DNA of 63,143 nucleotides, filler included, from Nemertoderma westbladi (Eukaryota; Animalia; Xenacoelomorpha): assembly GCA_032718475.1 (NCBI GenBank). It is 3 parts of 3 records of this genome, joined end to end, with 100 filler letters (N's around TTAATTAATTAA, not from the genome) between each part and the next. Parts side by side here need not be neighbours in the genome. Positions count along the whole stretch, not along the records: positions 24,265 to 50,419 come from JAUCBJ010008386.1; 2 more parts are not named here. One strand, 5' to 3'. This document shows positions 36,718-48,885 of the stretch, piece after piece; positions within the stretch are counted from its first letter, which is position 1, and each line of letters starts with the position of its first letter. The position numbers were made by a program, and so were the translations under genes. The notes beneath the pieces were generated by a model. That model did not search any database and had not been told where the DNA came from. It was given only the letters and a program-made list of their open reading frames with translations.

Positions 36718-39246
36718 ATGGATTCACATAACAGAAGTCGACATAGTGATAATCATTCGAGTTCTTCGCGAGATAAACATCGTCATGGCGACAGAAAGAA
36801 ATATCGTCACAGAGAAAGTTCGAGTGAGGACGAGGAACTGAAAGCCAAACTGCGTCAGCGGGAGGAGCGAATACGCGACAAGGAAGTGATGAAATCGTTG
36901 GAGACCCCAGAGGAGAAACGGGCTAGGAGATTAGCGAAGAAACTAGAGAAAGAAAAACATCGTAAGTCTGAGATCGGTTGGGATTCCGAGTTAATGGGAT
37001 ATTCGAATAAAGATAATCCATTTGGAGACGGCAAACTGTTAACCCCGTTCGTATGGAAGAAAAAATATAAAACAGAAGTGGACAAACATGATGAGGAAGA
37101 TGAGGCTGATCCCGATGATATTAACTCTTATAGGATTCAACGGCAGCAGTTGTTGGAGAACCGGAACGAGTTGGAGAAAGTGAAGAAGCGTAGACGGGAT
37201 AGGGAGTTGGAAGTGGCTACAAGGGACAAGGAAGTGGAGATGATGCAACGAGAGAAGGAAATCTCGTTGTTTAAGGAGTGGGAGTCCCAGGAGGATAAGT
37301 TCCATCTACAGCAGGCCAAGTTGCGATCGCGACTGCGCGTTAGCGACGGTCGAGCCAAACCCATCGATCTCCTCGCGAAGTACATAGCGGCGGAGGACGA
37401 TGAGTTAGCGGTGGAACTCCACGAACCCTACACCTTCCTTATCGGACTCACTGTGGGGGACATCGAGGATCTTATAGAAGATATCCGAGTCTACATGGAG
37501 TTGGAAGAAGGTAAAAATGCTGAGTTCTGGAAGGATATGACTTTGGTTGCGAGTAACGAAATGGGTAAACTCAAACGAATCGATCCCAATTACACAGGTG
37601 GTGATGGCGGCGCTGCCCGAGATAGTATAAATTCCTCGGTGTCTGAAGAGATAGGGAAGGTCCTAAGGGGTAAATCGGTGGAACAACTCGACACCATGAG
37701 GGTATCTATAGGGAGGAAGTTGTCTGGGAGTCAGTGCGTTGATGTTAGTTACTGGGAGCAGCTGTTGGGCCAGTTGGATGCCCACATTGCGCGGACTAGA
37801 TTGAAGGATAGACACCAGCAGGTGCTGCAGAGTAAACTCTATCAGTTGAAACAGGAGCAGGGAGTAGAGGGAAGGGTGTTGTTCCCAGTGGAAGGGGGTC
37901 GTGGAGATGGGGGTGGGGAAGGCGGTAGTGGGGTGGGGCTGGGAAGGGAAATTGGTAGTGGGGAGGGGGGCGGAGGGGAGGGGGGCAGAGGGGAGGGGGG
38001 CAGAGGGGAGGGGGGCAGAGGGGAGGGGGGCAGAGTGGAGGGGGGCAGTAGGGAGGGGGGCAGTAGGGAGGGGGGCAGTGGGGAAGGGGGTAGTAGGGAG
38101 GGGGGCAGTGGGGAAGGGGGTAGTAGGGAGGGGGGCAGTGGGATGGGGGGCAGTGGGGAAGGGGGTAGTAGGGAGGGGGGCAGTGGGATGTGGGGCAGTG
38201 TGGAAGGTGGCAGTGGGATAGGGATGGAAGGGGGTAGTAGGAAGGGGGGCAGTGGGATGGGGGGCAGTGGGGAAGGTGGCAGTGGGATAGGGATGGAAGG
38301 GGGTAGTAGGGAGTGGGGCTGTGGGATGGGGGGCAGTGGGGAAGGGGGTAGTAGGGAGGGGGGCAGTGGGATGGGGGGCAGTGGGGAAGGTGGCAGTGGG
38401 ATAGGGATGGAAGGGGGTAGTAGGGAGGGGGGCAGTTGGGAAGGTGGCAGTGGGATGGGGATGGAAGGGAGTAGTGGAAAATATAAATGTATTGACTGGG
38501 ACGAACCCAGTGTTATTGGGACTGGAAAGGCAACGACGGTGAAAACAGAAACTGAAGAGGAACCCTCGAGGGTGGAGGAGTCCCCCATGGAGGAGTACTA
38601 CCGACAGTACGAGAATGGTCGTTACTCCCCAGACCTGATGGACCCGACTTCCTTGCCACGCGATCTGCTAACCGTCTCTCCTGTCGACGACGCTAAACGC
38701 CTCGACGTTAAACGCAGACAGGTCCTCGGGACGGGGACCGTGGCTTCCGACGCCGACACCCAACTGTTCGAGCGCAAAGCGCGGGAGGGCATGGGGGGCG
38801 ACGAGGCCGAATTCAGCGTGGAGGTCTCCACGGAGACGCCGTCCATGCACGTCTGGTCCGATAAGTACCGACCCCGGAAACCGCGGTACTTTAACCGCGT
38901 CCACACCGGGTTCGAGTGGAACAAGTACAACCAGACCCACTACGATATCGACAACCCGCCCCCCAAGATAGTCCAAGGCTACAAGTTCAACATATTCTAC
39001 CCCGATCTCATAAACAAACGCGACACGCCGCAGTACCATCTCACGTCGGTAGCTGGCTCGGGGGGTGGATCCTCCCAGGACTTCGCCATGCTCCGTTTCT
39101 CCTCGGGTCCCCCCTATCAGGACATCGCCTTCAAGGTTGTCAACCGGGAGTGGGACTTCAGCCACAAACACGGATTCCGTTGTCAGTTCACTAACAATAT
39201 ATTGCAGTTATGGTTCCATTTTAAGCGTTACAGATACAGAAGGTAA
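36718..39246 (+). CDS. CACTIN: Cactin, spliceosome C complex factor, intronless CDS
   Basis: [33 protein letters not shown], and the C-terminal domain [23 protein letters not shown]...FKRYRYRR. Confidence 0.97.
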   Translation: MDSHNRSRHSDNHSSSSRDKHRHGDRKKYRHRESSSEDEELKAKLRQREERIRDKEVMKSLETPEEKRARRLAKKLEKEKHRKSEIGWDSELMGYSNKDNPFGDGKLLTPFVWKKKYKTEVDKHDEEDEADPDDINSYRIQRQQLLENRNELEKVKKRRRDRELEVATRDKEVEMMQREKEISLFKEWESQEDKFHLQQAKLRSRLRVSDGRAKPIDLLAKYIAAEDDELAVELHEPYTFLIGLTVGDIEDLIEDIRVYMELEEGKNAEFWKDMTLVASNEMGKLKRIDPNYTGGDGGAARDSINSSVSEEIGKVLRGKSVEQLDTMRVSIGRKLSGSQCVDVSYWEQLLGQLDAHIARTRLKDRHQQVLQSKLYQLKQEQGVEGRVLFPVEGGRGDGGGEGGSGVGLGREIGSGEGGGGEGGRGEGGRGEGGRGEGGRVEGGSREGGSREGGSGEGGSREGGSGEGGSREGGSGMGGSGEGGSREGGSGMWGSVEGGSGIGMEGGSRKGGSGMGGSGEGGSGIGMEGGSREWGCGMGGSGEGGSREGGSGMGGSGEGGSGIGMEGGSREGGSWEGGSGMGMEGSSGKYKCIDWDEPSVIGTGKATTVKTETEEEPSRVEESPMEEYYRQYENGRYSPDLMDPTSLPRDLLTVSPVDDAKRLDVKRRQVLGTGTVASDADTQLFERKAREGMGGDEAEFSVEVSTETPSMHVWSDKYRPRKPRYFNRVHTGFEWNKYNQTHYDIDNPPPKIVQGYKFNIFYPDLINKRDTPQYHLTSVAGSGGGSSQDFAMLRFSSGPPYQDIAFKVVNREWDFSHKHGFRCQFTNNILQLWFHFKRYRYRR
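37895..38478 (+). repeat. G-rich 15/21-bp coding minisatellite within cactin
   Basis: GGGGGCAGTAGGGAG-type units encoding [15 protein letters not shown], with the frame preserved. Confidence 0.9.
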
Positions 39247-40650
39247 CTTTTGTGGTTTCATTGCACAAACAGCTACAGTTACTAAGGTTAAATGCGATGC
39301 GATTTATTTTAATCATAACAGTTTATTATTATTTATTCTCTCGTAACCTCCAGGTTACGCATCTATTTCTGTAATATCGTTTGGTGACCTCCTCAGATTC
39401 GTTATGCAGTAGAGATGCACCCACTTTAAATGAAAAGGCATGTTGAAAAACCTATAGGAAATCATAATTTTTATAGAAGAATTGAGAGAGAGCAGAACAA
39501 GTATTTAAGTTTTTGAAATATCGCAGTTAAGCTAGAAATAGTTTCATCGCCACATCAATATATAATGTTCAACGAATAGTGTGGAGTTCAAGTATCAATT
39601 ATTATCTGAAATACACAAATTGAACAACCTTTATAAATTATTTATATATTAGGGTGCGCCTTAAAAAAACATTTTTCAAATTGTAATCCCCCTCGGCCTT
39701 AAATTGGTTCCTCTTGATGAAAATTTTAGTTTCATTTTGAAAAATATTGATATTTAGACTTTAGATGTCACCCAAGAAGCATAAACTTATCAGACCAAAG
39801 TGACTCCTTCAAATAGGAAAATCAACAAAAACAATGCTTAACATTACTATAGCGGATTTAGAATAGGCTAGACTCATTTGACCTGCAATGATCTATTTAG
39901 TCGGTGTAAACTGTAAACCCATTCAAAGTTTGGTTGCGGTTTGGCAGCGGTTTGCCGATCTAGAGGTAGAAATATCTGAAAGTAAAAACCTTCTCTCAGT
40001 TCGTCATTGGTTATCCATTTCAACTGAATCTTGGCAGATATACGCGTGCTAGACCGTATGTAGACCATCCATAGGTTGCGTTTTTGTAGAGACAGTGATC
40101 CATTGGCATTGTAGAGACAGTGATCCATTGGCAATACTCCTGTCTACCGCTAGTGGGCTTTGTATTACTATTTATAAACCTATCTTCCTTATATATATGT
40201 CTGGTACATATATTCTAGACCTCAGTTTTTGTAATGTCGATCTTAAATCGACTTAAGGGGACAACTGCTTAGATTTTGCTTATAATTCGTTCGAGTTTAC
40301 ACTAACATAAGTTTATGACACGTGCTGCGCGAAGGCCTCACTTTGTGTAGCACATTATCACTCTAGAGGACCCAGCATACAAATGCAATATCGTGGACCA
40401 AAGAGCCAGAACAACACTCACCATAAAATGTGGTTTCGAGAAAAATGCAAAAAACCTTCTCATTTCCCTCTATATGGATCCCGTCTCCTGATTTTTTCGA
40501 CAGCGGTCTGGGAAGATACAATGACACATTTTATAATAGTGGCTAGCATTCAGAATAAATTTTGTTAATGAAAAAAACTGTTTTTTTCGTTATTTTCCAA
40601 AGAGGCAAAACAACACATACTGAAATTTAACATTAACTCTAGTATCTGTA

Positions 40651-41731
40651 TGTGGGGCGAGCCACGAAGTTGGCGGAGCCTTAGCGAATTGACACTGTTA
40701 GGGGGTGGGTCAATTTATGCAAATAGTTGTCGTCGTCGTCGTTGTCGTCGTCGTTACGATTTTGACATGCTAATAACTTTGTCGGATTTAAAGCTGCCAA
40801 GTTGAAAATTTGTAGGTATCAATGGGACGAGCCACGAAGTTGGCGGAGCCTTAGCGAATTGACACTGTTAGGGGGTGGGTCAATTTATGCAAATAGTTGT
40901 CGTCGTCGTCGTTACGATTTTGACATGCTAATAACTTTGTCGGATTTAAAGCTGCCAAGTTGAAAATTTGTAGGTATCAATATGAGCAAAAGTTGAGATT
41001 TTTGAGAGACTTTCAGACACCATCAGTGCAATGGTCTCCCGCTAGAGGGCCACATGTCTAAACATTAAATGCCCTCCCATTTCTTTCCTTTTAATCCGTT
41101 TAAGCTGAAACTTGGCAGATATGTATTAGACCATTAGCTGTGACTTTCAAAGGAGGCGAATCCATCTGCAGTTCTCCAGTCTGCCGCTAGAGGGCCAAAG
41201 GTCTGAAAGTGAAATCGTTGTCGTCGTTACGATTTTGACATGCTAATAACTTTGTCGGATTTAAAGCTGCCAAGTTGAAAATTTGTAGGTATCAATATGA
41301 GCTAAAGTTGAGACGTTTGAGAGACTTTCAGACACCATCAGAGCAATAGTCTCCTGCTAGAGGGCCACATGTCTAAACGTTAAATGTCCTCCCATTTCTT
41401 TGCTTTTAATCCATTTATGCTGAAATTTGGCAGATATGTACTAGACCATTAGCTGTGACTTTGAAAGAAGGAATTGAATTGAATTGAAGGCTAATCCGTG
41501 TGCAGTTCTTCAGTCTGCCGCTAGAGGGCGAAATGTTTGAAAGTGAAATCTTTCTCCCATCTCGTTATTTATGATCCGTTCAAGCTGAAACGTAGCAGAT
41601 ATGTAGTAGAAGTCGGCCTGAGTCTTTGGTGGGCAGTAAACGGTCTGGAGTCCTCCAGTCTGCCGCTAGAGGGCGAAATGTATAACTAAGTATAATTAAG
41701 TCACGTGCTGCGCGAAGGCCCCACTTCGTGT
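40651..41731 (+). mobile_element. Complete TGT-ended HINE-like element with a GTC microsatellite and internal tandem repeats
   Basis: 5' TGTGGGGCGAGCCACGAAGT and 3' GCCCCACTTCGTGT. The internal repeat is shared with 1-1012. Confidence 0.8.
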
Positions 41732-42199
41732 TGTATTACCTCTAGGATATTATCACAGAAACATAAGAACTCACATCATTCCTCGACTATTGAATGGTGT
41801 TTCTTCTTATAAAGTATGATAGATAGATATTTAAATGTCGCGTCGGACTCACATTACATTTCCATGCTGCTCTATTGGATATTTTTCGCCCCTTGCCAGG
41901 CTTTCTCATATGGTTCCCTATGACGTAATTGCTATACCTAGACCAATTTGGACTAGGATCATCCTCATCGTCACTATAACTACTGTAGATGATGGAATGT
42001 AATTGAACTCTGTAAACTCCAAGTCATCAACATACTCCATTTGTACATCGGTATAACCTGCTGGTGAATTCTCATTTGAGCAAATGTGATTTAAATGGTA
42101 ATTTCTATAAATAGCCCTACTCCGATAATAACTCATTTGAAAGTAAGTAATTATATTAATTTAGATTTGATTCAATACTAACATTATTTAAAAATCAAA

Positions 42200-42267
42200 T
42201 AGATTATGACAAAAGTATCATTTTCGATGACTTGCTTTTGGCCGAAAAGGCTCATCATCAGATCCTA
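42200..42267 (-). ncRNA. Putative Penelope-type hammerhead ribozyme (atypical)
   Basis: Minus strand reads GGAU-CUGAUGA-UGA...UCAUC-GAAA-AUGAUA/UGUCAU-A-AUCUA. There is one extra A in the core. Confidence 0.5.
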
Positions 42268-42689
42268 AAAACGACATTACTGTACCGGTAATCTACATTA
42301 CCACTTAACTCGCGTCAGGTAGTGTGGAATAGTTCATATTAATCAACTTTGTCGCTAATTTAAAAACATATTCCAGAAAAATTTGGCTTATTTTGATTCG
42401 TTTACAATATACAGGAGTTGTCATACATTGCGTGTGGTGTGGGTTGTTTTGCTTCGAATAAGTGTGGCATGTGCATGTGGCATGCTCTAACAGTTTTCAA
42501 CTTTTATGTTGTGAGGGTTGTTCTGGTTTTCCATATCTCCTAAACGGACTGATATACAAGTCTATGATTTTAACAAAAGATGTAGAACGCCACCTTGAGT
42601 AATTTTGGTGAAAAATTTTTTTTTTTGAAAAATTGTGGTATGTGAGGTGCTGGCTCTATGGTCACGATATGTGAATTAGTTCATATTAA

Positions 42690-43530
42690 GAATCTATGGA
42701 CCTTTCAATACCCTAATAGAACCAAAGCACAACTGGATTACATCCTTCTAGACAAAAAGTGGAGAAACAGCTTGATCATCTGCAGGGCATACAGCTCGTT
42801 CAACCTAATTGGTTCGGACCACAGAATTGTGACTGCAGAGATCAGACTTAGTTTGAGAGCCAGCAAACCCAGGACAAACAAGCAAATCAACTATGACTTG
42901 GAGAAACTCAGAACTGACAATGCTGTAAAGGATGCTTACACAGTAGAAGTCCAAAACCGCTTTGAAGCACTTCAGTCAATGGATGAAGGCCAGTCCACCG
43001 ATTCAATATACCAGAATATAATAACAGCCCACAAGGAATCAGCTAAGAGGCATATCCCCCAGAAACCCAAACGAAAACAGTATGTGCCATGTAAGTTCTT
43101 TCGAGCCACAGTGGAAAGTGTATTTTTATACGGGGGTGAGACCTGGACACTGACTAAATCACTTGAACAACGAATTGATGGTTGGTACACAAGACTACTA
43201 AGGGCAGCCCTAAACATCAGCTGGAGACAACACATGACAAACGCCGAGCTTTATGGTACAATACCACCTGTATCAACCACCCTCCGTGAAAGCAGATTAA
43301 GATTCAGTGGGCACTGCTGGCGAAGTAAAGACGAGGTCATACCAGATCTACTTTTCTGGCAACAACTCATGGAAAGCGTAGTCGTGGACGACCGGCCATA
43401 ACATATATAGATCAACTTGAAAGGGATACTGAACTTGGGAGAAACGAAATTGCGACAACTATGGAGAATCGGGAAGCCTGGAAGGATCTCATTTCCACTG
43501 TCCGAGTTCGCTCCACCTAGTAGCAGTAGT
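42690..43530 (+). mobile_element. Internally deleted RTE-clade LINE
   Basis: EN C-terminus (QLDYIL, SDHRIV) fused to the post-RT region (LYGGETWTLT, RLRFSGHCWR), with a TAG-repeat tail. Confidence 0.85.
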
Positions 43531-45610
43531 GGTATTTGTTAATATTATTTGTTATTTTAACGAGATAGTCTTTTTTTGGGAATAGAGATAATTACATTTG
43601 TAACCATTTGGTATAAATTCTCACAATGAGATTATCAAACTACAATCTCATATTGTTTTATCAAATTCTCAAATTGTTTTATCTCATAAGTAGCTGGGCA
43701 ACAATTGAATGCATATAAAATAATATTAGTACATGGGCATTCATACATAATCAAAATGTTCTAGAATGTGGTGTATTTATTGAATATAATAAATGGCGTG
43801 CAGCGTAAGCAAATACACGTACGATGGGCATTTGCGCAGCACCAGACTGCATACGTACCAAGTTTGGTTTAATTTTATCAATGATTGACTCTACTGACTA
43901 TTTGAGTTAAGTACGACATATTTAGTTTTACAATACTCGTGCCCTTCATTGGCCTCGTTGCGCTCATCCTGTTTTGTCTCAATATTTTTATATTAAACGC
44001 AAACTGACGACAATAATATATATGCCATGTCTCGAAACTGTGCGAGTAACTGCTTATTTATGGCAGATGGATACTCGTATCCACTGCAAAACTCATTGCG
44101 TTCGTCCTGTATAAACTGGTCACCAAATATATACCTTACAACATTCCATTATCACTATCAGTACTAAACAAAAGTAGGCCTATATCGTCCATTATACTAA
44201 ACCATGTGGTTTACGGGTAGCCAAAACAATACTCGTTATTGGTAGTATAGTCAACACAGACTCGTATTCATTACAACCCACGTTGTACTGTACTTGTCCT
44301 GTACTGCGAAGTGTAGGCCTAGCACATTATCAAAATACTGGACATAAAACACAAATACAGTATGTTAATTAGCAAAACTTAACTGTAACCAGTTCTTTTC
44401 GTTATAATAACGTGCCACATACTGTAACATACTGTAACCTGCTCCTTTCCCTTAATTGATAATATGACGTTGATATTGGATATTAATTCACCGATATGGG
44501 ATTTGAAAACATTTTTTACTAAAATTCAGAATCTCCAGGTTTATTAAAAATTAAATTGCACCTTAACAATATTACACCAAAAAAGGATCAAAAATATAAT
44601 TCACATTTAAACTAATACTATAACAAAATGTATGGTGGTAGGCACTTTAGGAATATAAAATATAATATGCATAGGTTGTATTTATTGCACGCAATTAATT
44701 CAATTGAGGCAAATCAAAGCACATTAGAGACTACAAAAAAATCGAATCTTGAAATTAACATTTGGATTCTTTTCTATTTTGCAGACCAAGATAATGTTCT
44801 AAAACCGCTTTACAAAACAATTTTTACATAAAGAAACAATTAGATTCGACTAAACTCTGTAACATCATGTTTACACCAAAGTTTCACTGTGCTGACACAG
44901 AGTCCAGTTTGAAGAAATTTGAGTAGAGTTATTAGTTCTCGTGTTATTGTTACATGGTACATGTATATACATGGTACATGCACATGGTTTATGGTATGAT
45001 GAAGTCATGATAAATACTGCTGGTTCTGGCATATAAAAAATATTATGTGAATTTCATTTATTAAATTTTAGTATCTATCTAGACATAATGGGAGAGCATT
45101 GCCATTACGCCATTAGATTAATAACATCACCTTTTACATGCATTGTTTATAACTATATCTGAGGTATATATAACTATATATTCACTTCTGGATATACTAC
45201 AATTACACACCCATTTATTTACATAGCAGAGATAACAAAATATGGAAAGGCCCACAAAATCATTCAATAATTCACTGCACAGTGCATGCCCATCTCTCAG
45301 GTACTGAAATCAACGATAACACAAATGCAATCTCACCATCCAGTGTAAGAAAACTGAACCTTTTGGGATCAAAACAGTGTGAAGAATCGCTTTCATTTCG
45401 TTACATTAATTAATTGAGTCAGATGAGTAAGTACTGGCACTATGAAATGTAACCAGCAAAATATAACAATAACAACAATGGATATCAAACACGCACAGCA
45501 TCACCAGTTTCAAAGTCATCCGGGCTGTTTAATCAAAACAGTCAAGTACAGCTGCATTAGTTTAGTATGAATCTTCTGAATCAACCCCATTCCTTGAGAT
45601 TACCCTTTGT

Positions 45611-47947
45611 TTAGTCCCAGGAATCTCCTGGATCTGTACCAAAACCACCACCTCCGAATCCACCCACATCTTGGCTGGATCCATTGGTCATTCGACTGCC
45701 TCCACCTCTTCGAATATCTCTAGACTCTGAACTGAATGCAGATGTTGTACCGACAGCACTGTATGCCGCTCGTTCCAGGAAGTCTGGAACCTCCTGATTG
45801 GCGTTTTTTAACACCTCCACTAAACTTCTCACCAGAGCAGAATCTTCATCAGCATTAAAGAAGGAAGTTGCGGTCCCTAGATTCCCAACACGTCCAGTTC
45901 GACCAATACGATGTACATATTCGTCAATCTCCTTAGGCAAATCGTAATTTACCACATGCTCCACTTTGGGTATGTCTAGACCTCGAGCAGCCACTGATGT
46001 AGCAACACAAACCGGTTTCTGGCCAGACTTAAAATCACGCAGAGCCTCTTCACGCTCTCTCTGTTCCCTGTCTCCATGAATACTGGTAGTGGGGAAATCC
46101 TTCTGGCACAAAAGACTGGCTAAGAAATCAGCTGTCCGCTTCTTCTCAACAAAAACGAGAACACGATCAGTTGGTGACTTATTAAGAATTTCAAAAAGCT
46201 TGGCTTGTTTATCACTCTGACTATCAGCTTCAAAAAGCACTTGCTTCACATCAGTATTGGCACCTCCAACTCTTCCAACTTTGAGGAACAAATAGTTATT
46301 GAGGAATTCAGCAGCAACCTGTTGGATTTCAACTGGGAATGTCGCACTGAACATAAGCGTAAGGCGTTCACCTTTAGGCATCATACCATGGTTATTAACT
46401 ATCTCCTTGATGTCTCCCATAAAACCCATATCAAGCATTCTATCAGCCTCATCCAAGACAAAGTATTTCACTTTAGCCAAACTAACACGGCCCTCATTGA
46501 CAAACTGCTTTAGACGACCTGGTGTTCCCACCAATAGGTTACATCCTTTTTTGAGTTGCATTGTCTGATGTGCAACACTGACTCCACCATAAACAACACA
46601 AGGTCGAATGATTGTTGAGTGGGAGAATTTCTTAGCTTCATTGAAAATTTGAATGGTCAATTCTCTCGTGGGAGATATTACAAGAGCTTGCGGTTCCTGA
46701 ACTGCAGACATACTCCCTGAAACAAGACCATCTTGCATCATCCCTGTTAAAATAGGCAGAAGGAAAGCAGCTGTTTTCCCACTTCCAGTTTGAGCACAGG
46801 CCATGATATCCCTCTGATTTAAAATATTTGGTATAGCATAACGTTGGACTGGGGTTGGTTTCAAGTAACCTGCTTTTTTAACATTCGATTTAAGTGTGTC
46901 AAGAAGTTGTGCTTGATCAAAGGTATCAATAGGTGATAATGGATTTGCGCCATTGATTTCAACATTGATGTGGAAATATTTATCGAAATTAATCCCCATG
47001 GAAACACCAGTTTGAAATATTCCAGCTTCATCTACTTCTTCAGGAACATATGTCACTGCTTTCGGTTTATTGGGATCATCAGGAATCTCACAGTCCCTGG
47101 CTAAATGATCACCTTGGCACTTATAGCAACCTTTTGATGATGCGGGAGCATTGGGACATTCACGAGAAAAATGGCCCTCCTCTCCACATTTGAAGCAACC
47201 AGTGCCACCCTTCGACGGACTGCCTGCATTTGGACATTCCCGAGCAAAATGCCCATCTTCACCGCATTTTCTGCAGCCAGAAGAAGGATTAGTATTACTA
47301 GTAGTTGCATTGCCTGTACCAAATCCTCCAGAGCCACCAGTGTCTGTTGCTGCTTTCCAATCAAATCCTCCCGACTGGTCCCCACTAGATCCACCAAAAC
47401 CCACACTAGATGAGGCAAAACCACCACTAGAGGAATTTTCTGTACAATCTCTTGACATGTGTCCTTCTTTGTTGCATTTATAACATTTCATTGAGCCACC
47501 TCCCCTAGCTACTTTTTCCTTAGTGCAATCTCTAGACATATGACCTTCCTCCTGACAATTAAAGCACTTATTACCACCACCACCTCCTCTGCTTACTCTT
47601 TCCTTAGTGCAATCTCTAGACATATGACCTTCCTCCTGGCAATTAAAACACTTATTACCTCCACCACCTCCTCTGCTTACTTTTTCTTTAGGACAGTCCC
47701 TGGACATATGACCAGTTTCTTGACAATTGAAGCACTTATTATCGCCACTACCACTATGACTTGCAGAGGACTGAAAGCCCCCAGAAGACTGGAACCCAAA
47801 CGATGGTTTAGATGTAGAGCTAGAAGAATCTCCAAAACTAAAGCCACGACCGGCACCAAATCCACCAGATGAACTGATTGGTCCGTTTGAACTACTACCA
47901 ACTCCGTTCATTCCACCAAAAGACGTTCCTTCATCCCAATCGTCCAT
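45611..47947 (-). CDS. vasa: Vasa DEAD-box RNA helicase, intronless CDS, 7 CCHC knuckles
   Basis: Likely start MDDWD at 47947. Motifs MACAQTGSGKT, PTREL, DEAD, SAT, ARGLD, HRIGRTGR and an acidic C-terminal DSWD. CCHC repeats are typical of invertebrate Vasa. Confidence 0.95.
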   Translation of the reverse strand: MDDWDEGTSFGGMNGVGSSSNGPISSSGGFGAGRGFSFGDSSSSTSKPSFGFQSSGGFQSSASHSGSGDNKCFNCQETGHMSRDCPKEKVSRGGGGGNKCFNCQEEGHMSRDCTKERVSRGGGGGNKCFNCQEEGHMSRDCTKEKVARGGGSMKCYKCNKEGHMSRDCTENSSSGGFASSSVGFGGSSGDQSGGFDWKAATDTGGSGGFGTGNATTSNTNPSSGCRKCGEDGHFARECPNAGSPSKGGTGCFKCGEEGHFSRECPNAPASSKGCYKCQGDHLARDCEIPDDPNKPKAVTYVPEEVDEAGIFQTGVSMGINFDKYFHINVEINGANPLSPIDTFDQAQLLDTLKSNVKKAGYLKPTPVQRYAIPNILNQRDIMACAQTGSGKTAAFLLPILTGMMQDGLVSGSMSAVQEPQALVISPTRELTIQIFNEAKKFSHSTIIRPCVVYGGVSVAHQTMQLKKGCNLLVGTPGRLKQFVNEGRVSLAKVKYFVLDEADRMLDMGFMGDIKEIVNNHGMMPKGERLTLMFSATFPVEIQQVAAEFLNNYLFLKVGRVGGANTDVKQVLFEADSQSDKQAKLFEILNKSPTDRVLVFVEKKRTADFLASLLCQKDFPTTSIHGDREQREREEALRDFKSGQKPVCVATSVAARGLDIPKVEHVVNYDLPKEIDEYVHRIGRTGRVGNLGTATSFFNADEDSALVRSLVEVLKNANQEVPDFLERAAYSAVGTTSAFSSESRDIRRGGGSRMTNGSSQDVGGFGGGGFGTDPGDSWD

Positions 47948-48084
47948 GATGATACCAAAATTTAAACTATCAGAACCGAACAACAGCAATAATAATACTA
48001 AGGATTAGTAAACAAACAAACAGTAGGCCTATATTACAGGGTTATATATTCCATTCTTATATTACATAAGAGCAAAGTAGGACC

Positions 48085-48195
48085 TTATCGCCCCTGGAAC
48101 TTTATCGCCCCCTATTCTGAATTTTTAAGAGCTTATCGCTCCTGGGTCTTTATCGCCCCTGAGTCATTATCGCCTCTGGTCCTTTATCGCCCCTG
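48085..48195. repeat. Short spaced TTATCGCCCC repeats upstream of vasa
   Basis: Six copies of TTATCGCC/TTATCGCT. Confidence 0.7.
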
Positions 48196-48502
48196 TCATT
48201 ATTTACAAGATAAATTCCATTCCCCCAACTTTCCCCTACTTACTCTAAGTCACATATTTCAGGTAAAAGTTTACTGTTATATTTATACTCAAATCGTTTA
48301 TTTTAGGGGAGGCCTACAATTAGAAATATTCATATTCAATTCATATACTACGCAGTACGCAGCCGTTAGGTCCAGTTGTAACAATGATATGGGTTTTCAT
48401 TCAGAAGGACATCGCAGTACTGTTTGGGCACGGGACTTTAAATGCTACAGACGAGCTCTACACAGGTTTTCACCCTTTACTGGTTGATAAATTTGAAGCA
48501 TT

Positions 48503-48705
48503 GGAAGGGTTTACTGTGGAAGATCACCCATGGTAGTGAACACAAACAGGCATGACTTTAGGAACCAGAGTGGAAGGGTTTACTGGGGAAGATCACCCAT
48601 GGTGGTGAACAGGCATTTCTTGGGGAAACAGAGTGGAAGGGTTTACTGTGGAAGATCACCCATGGTATTGAACAGGCATGACTTTAGGAACCAGAGTGGA
48701 AGGGT
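48503..48705 (+). repeat. ~62-68-bp tandem monomers at the 5' end of a LINE
   Basis: GGAAGGGTTTACTG-GGAAGATCACCCATGGT occurs 3 times upstream of ORF1. Confidence 0.75.
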
Positions 48706-48885
48706 CTTTTTGGATTTGGATTGAGTGGTGATGTACAGGTACCGGTACTTCACTTGATGTAGGCAACTGACTGACAGACTGGCTGATCTCCAAAATAATT
48801 AGGCCTAACTCTGAAACTACCGCGATACCGGTAAGACGCTAAACTCGTTGGCCAGCACCGACCCTCCGCACCAACTGTTCACAAA

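Noticed and set aside
41830-42145. Possible exon or ORF ending near GTAAGT
   Set aside because: All + frames contain stops, and the minus-strand ORF has no recognisable motif.
47948-47989. Extra 14 N-terminal codons of the vasa ORF starting at TTG
   Set aside because: Non-ATG start overlapping an acceptor-like site. MDDWD is the typical Vasa start.
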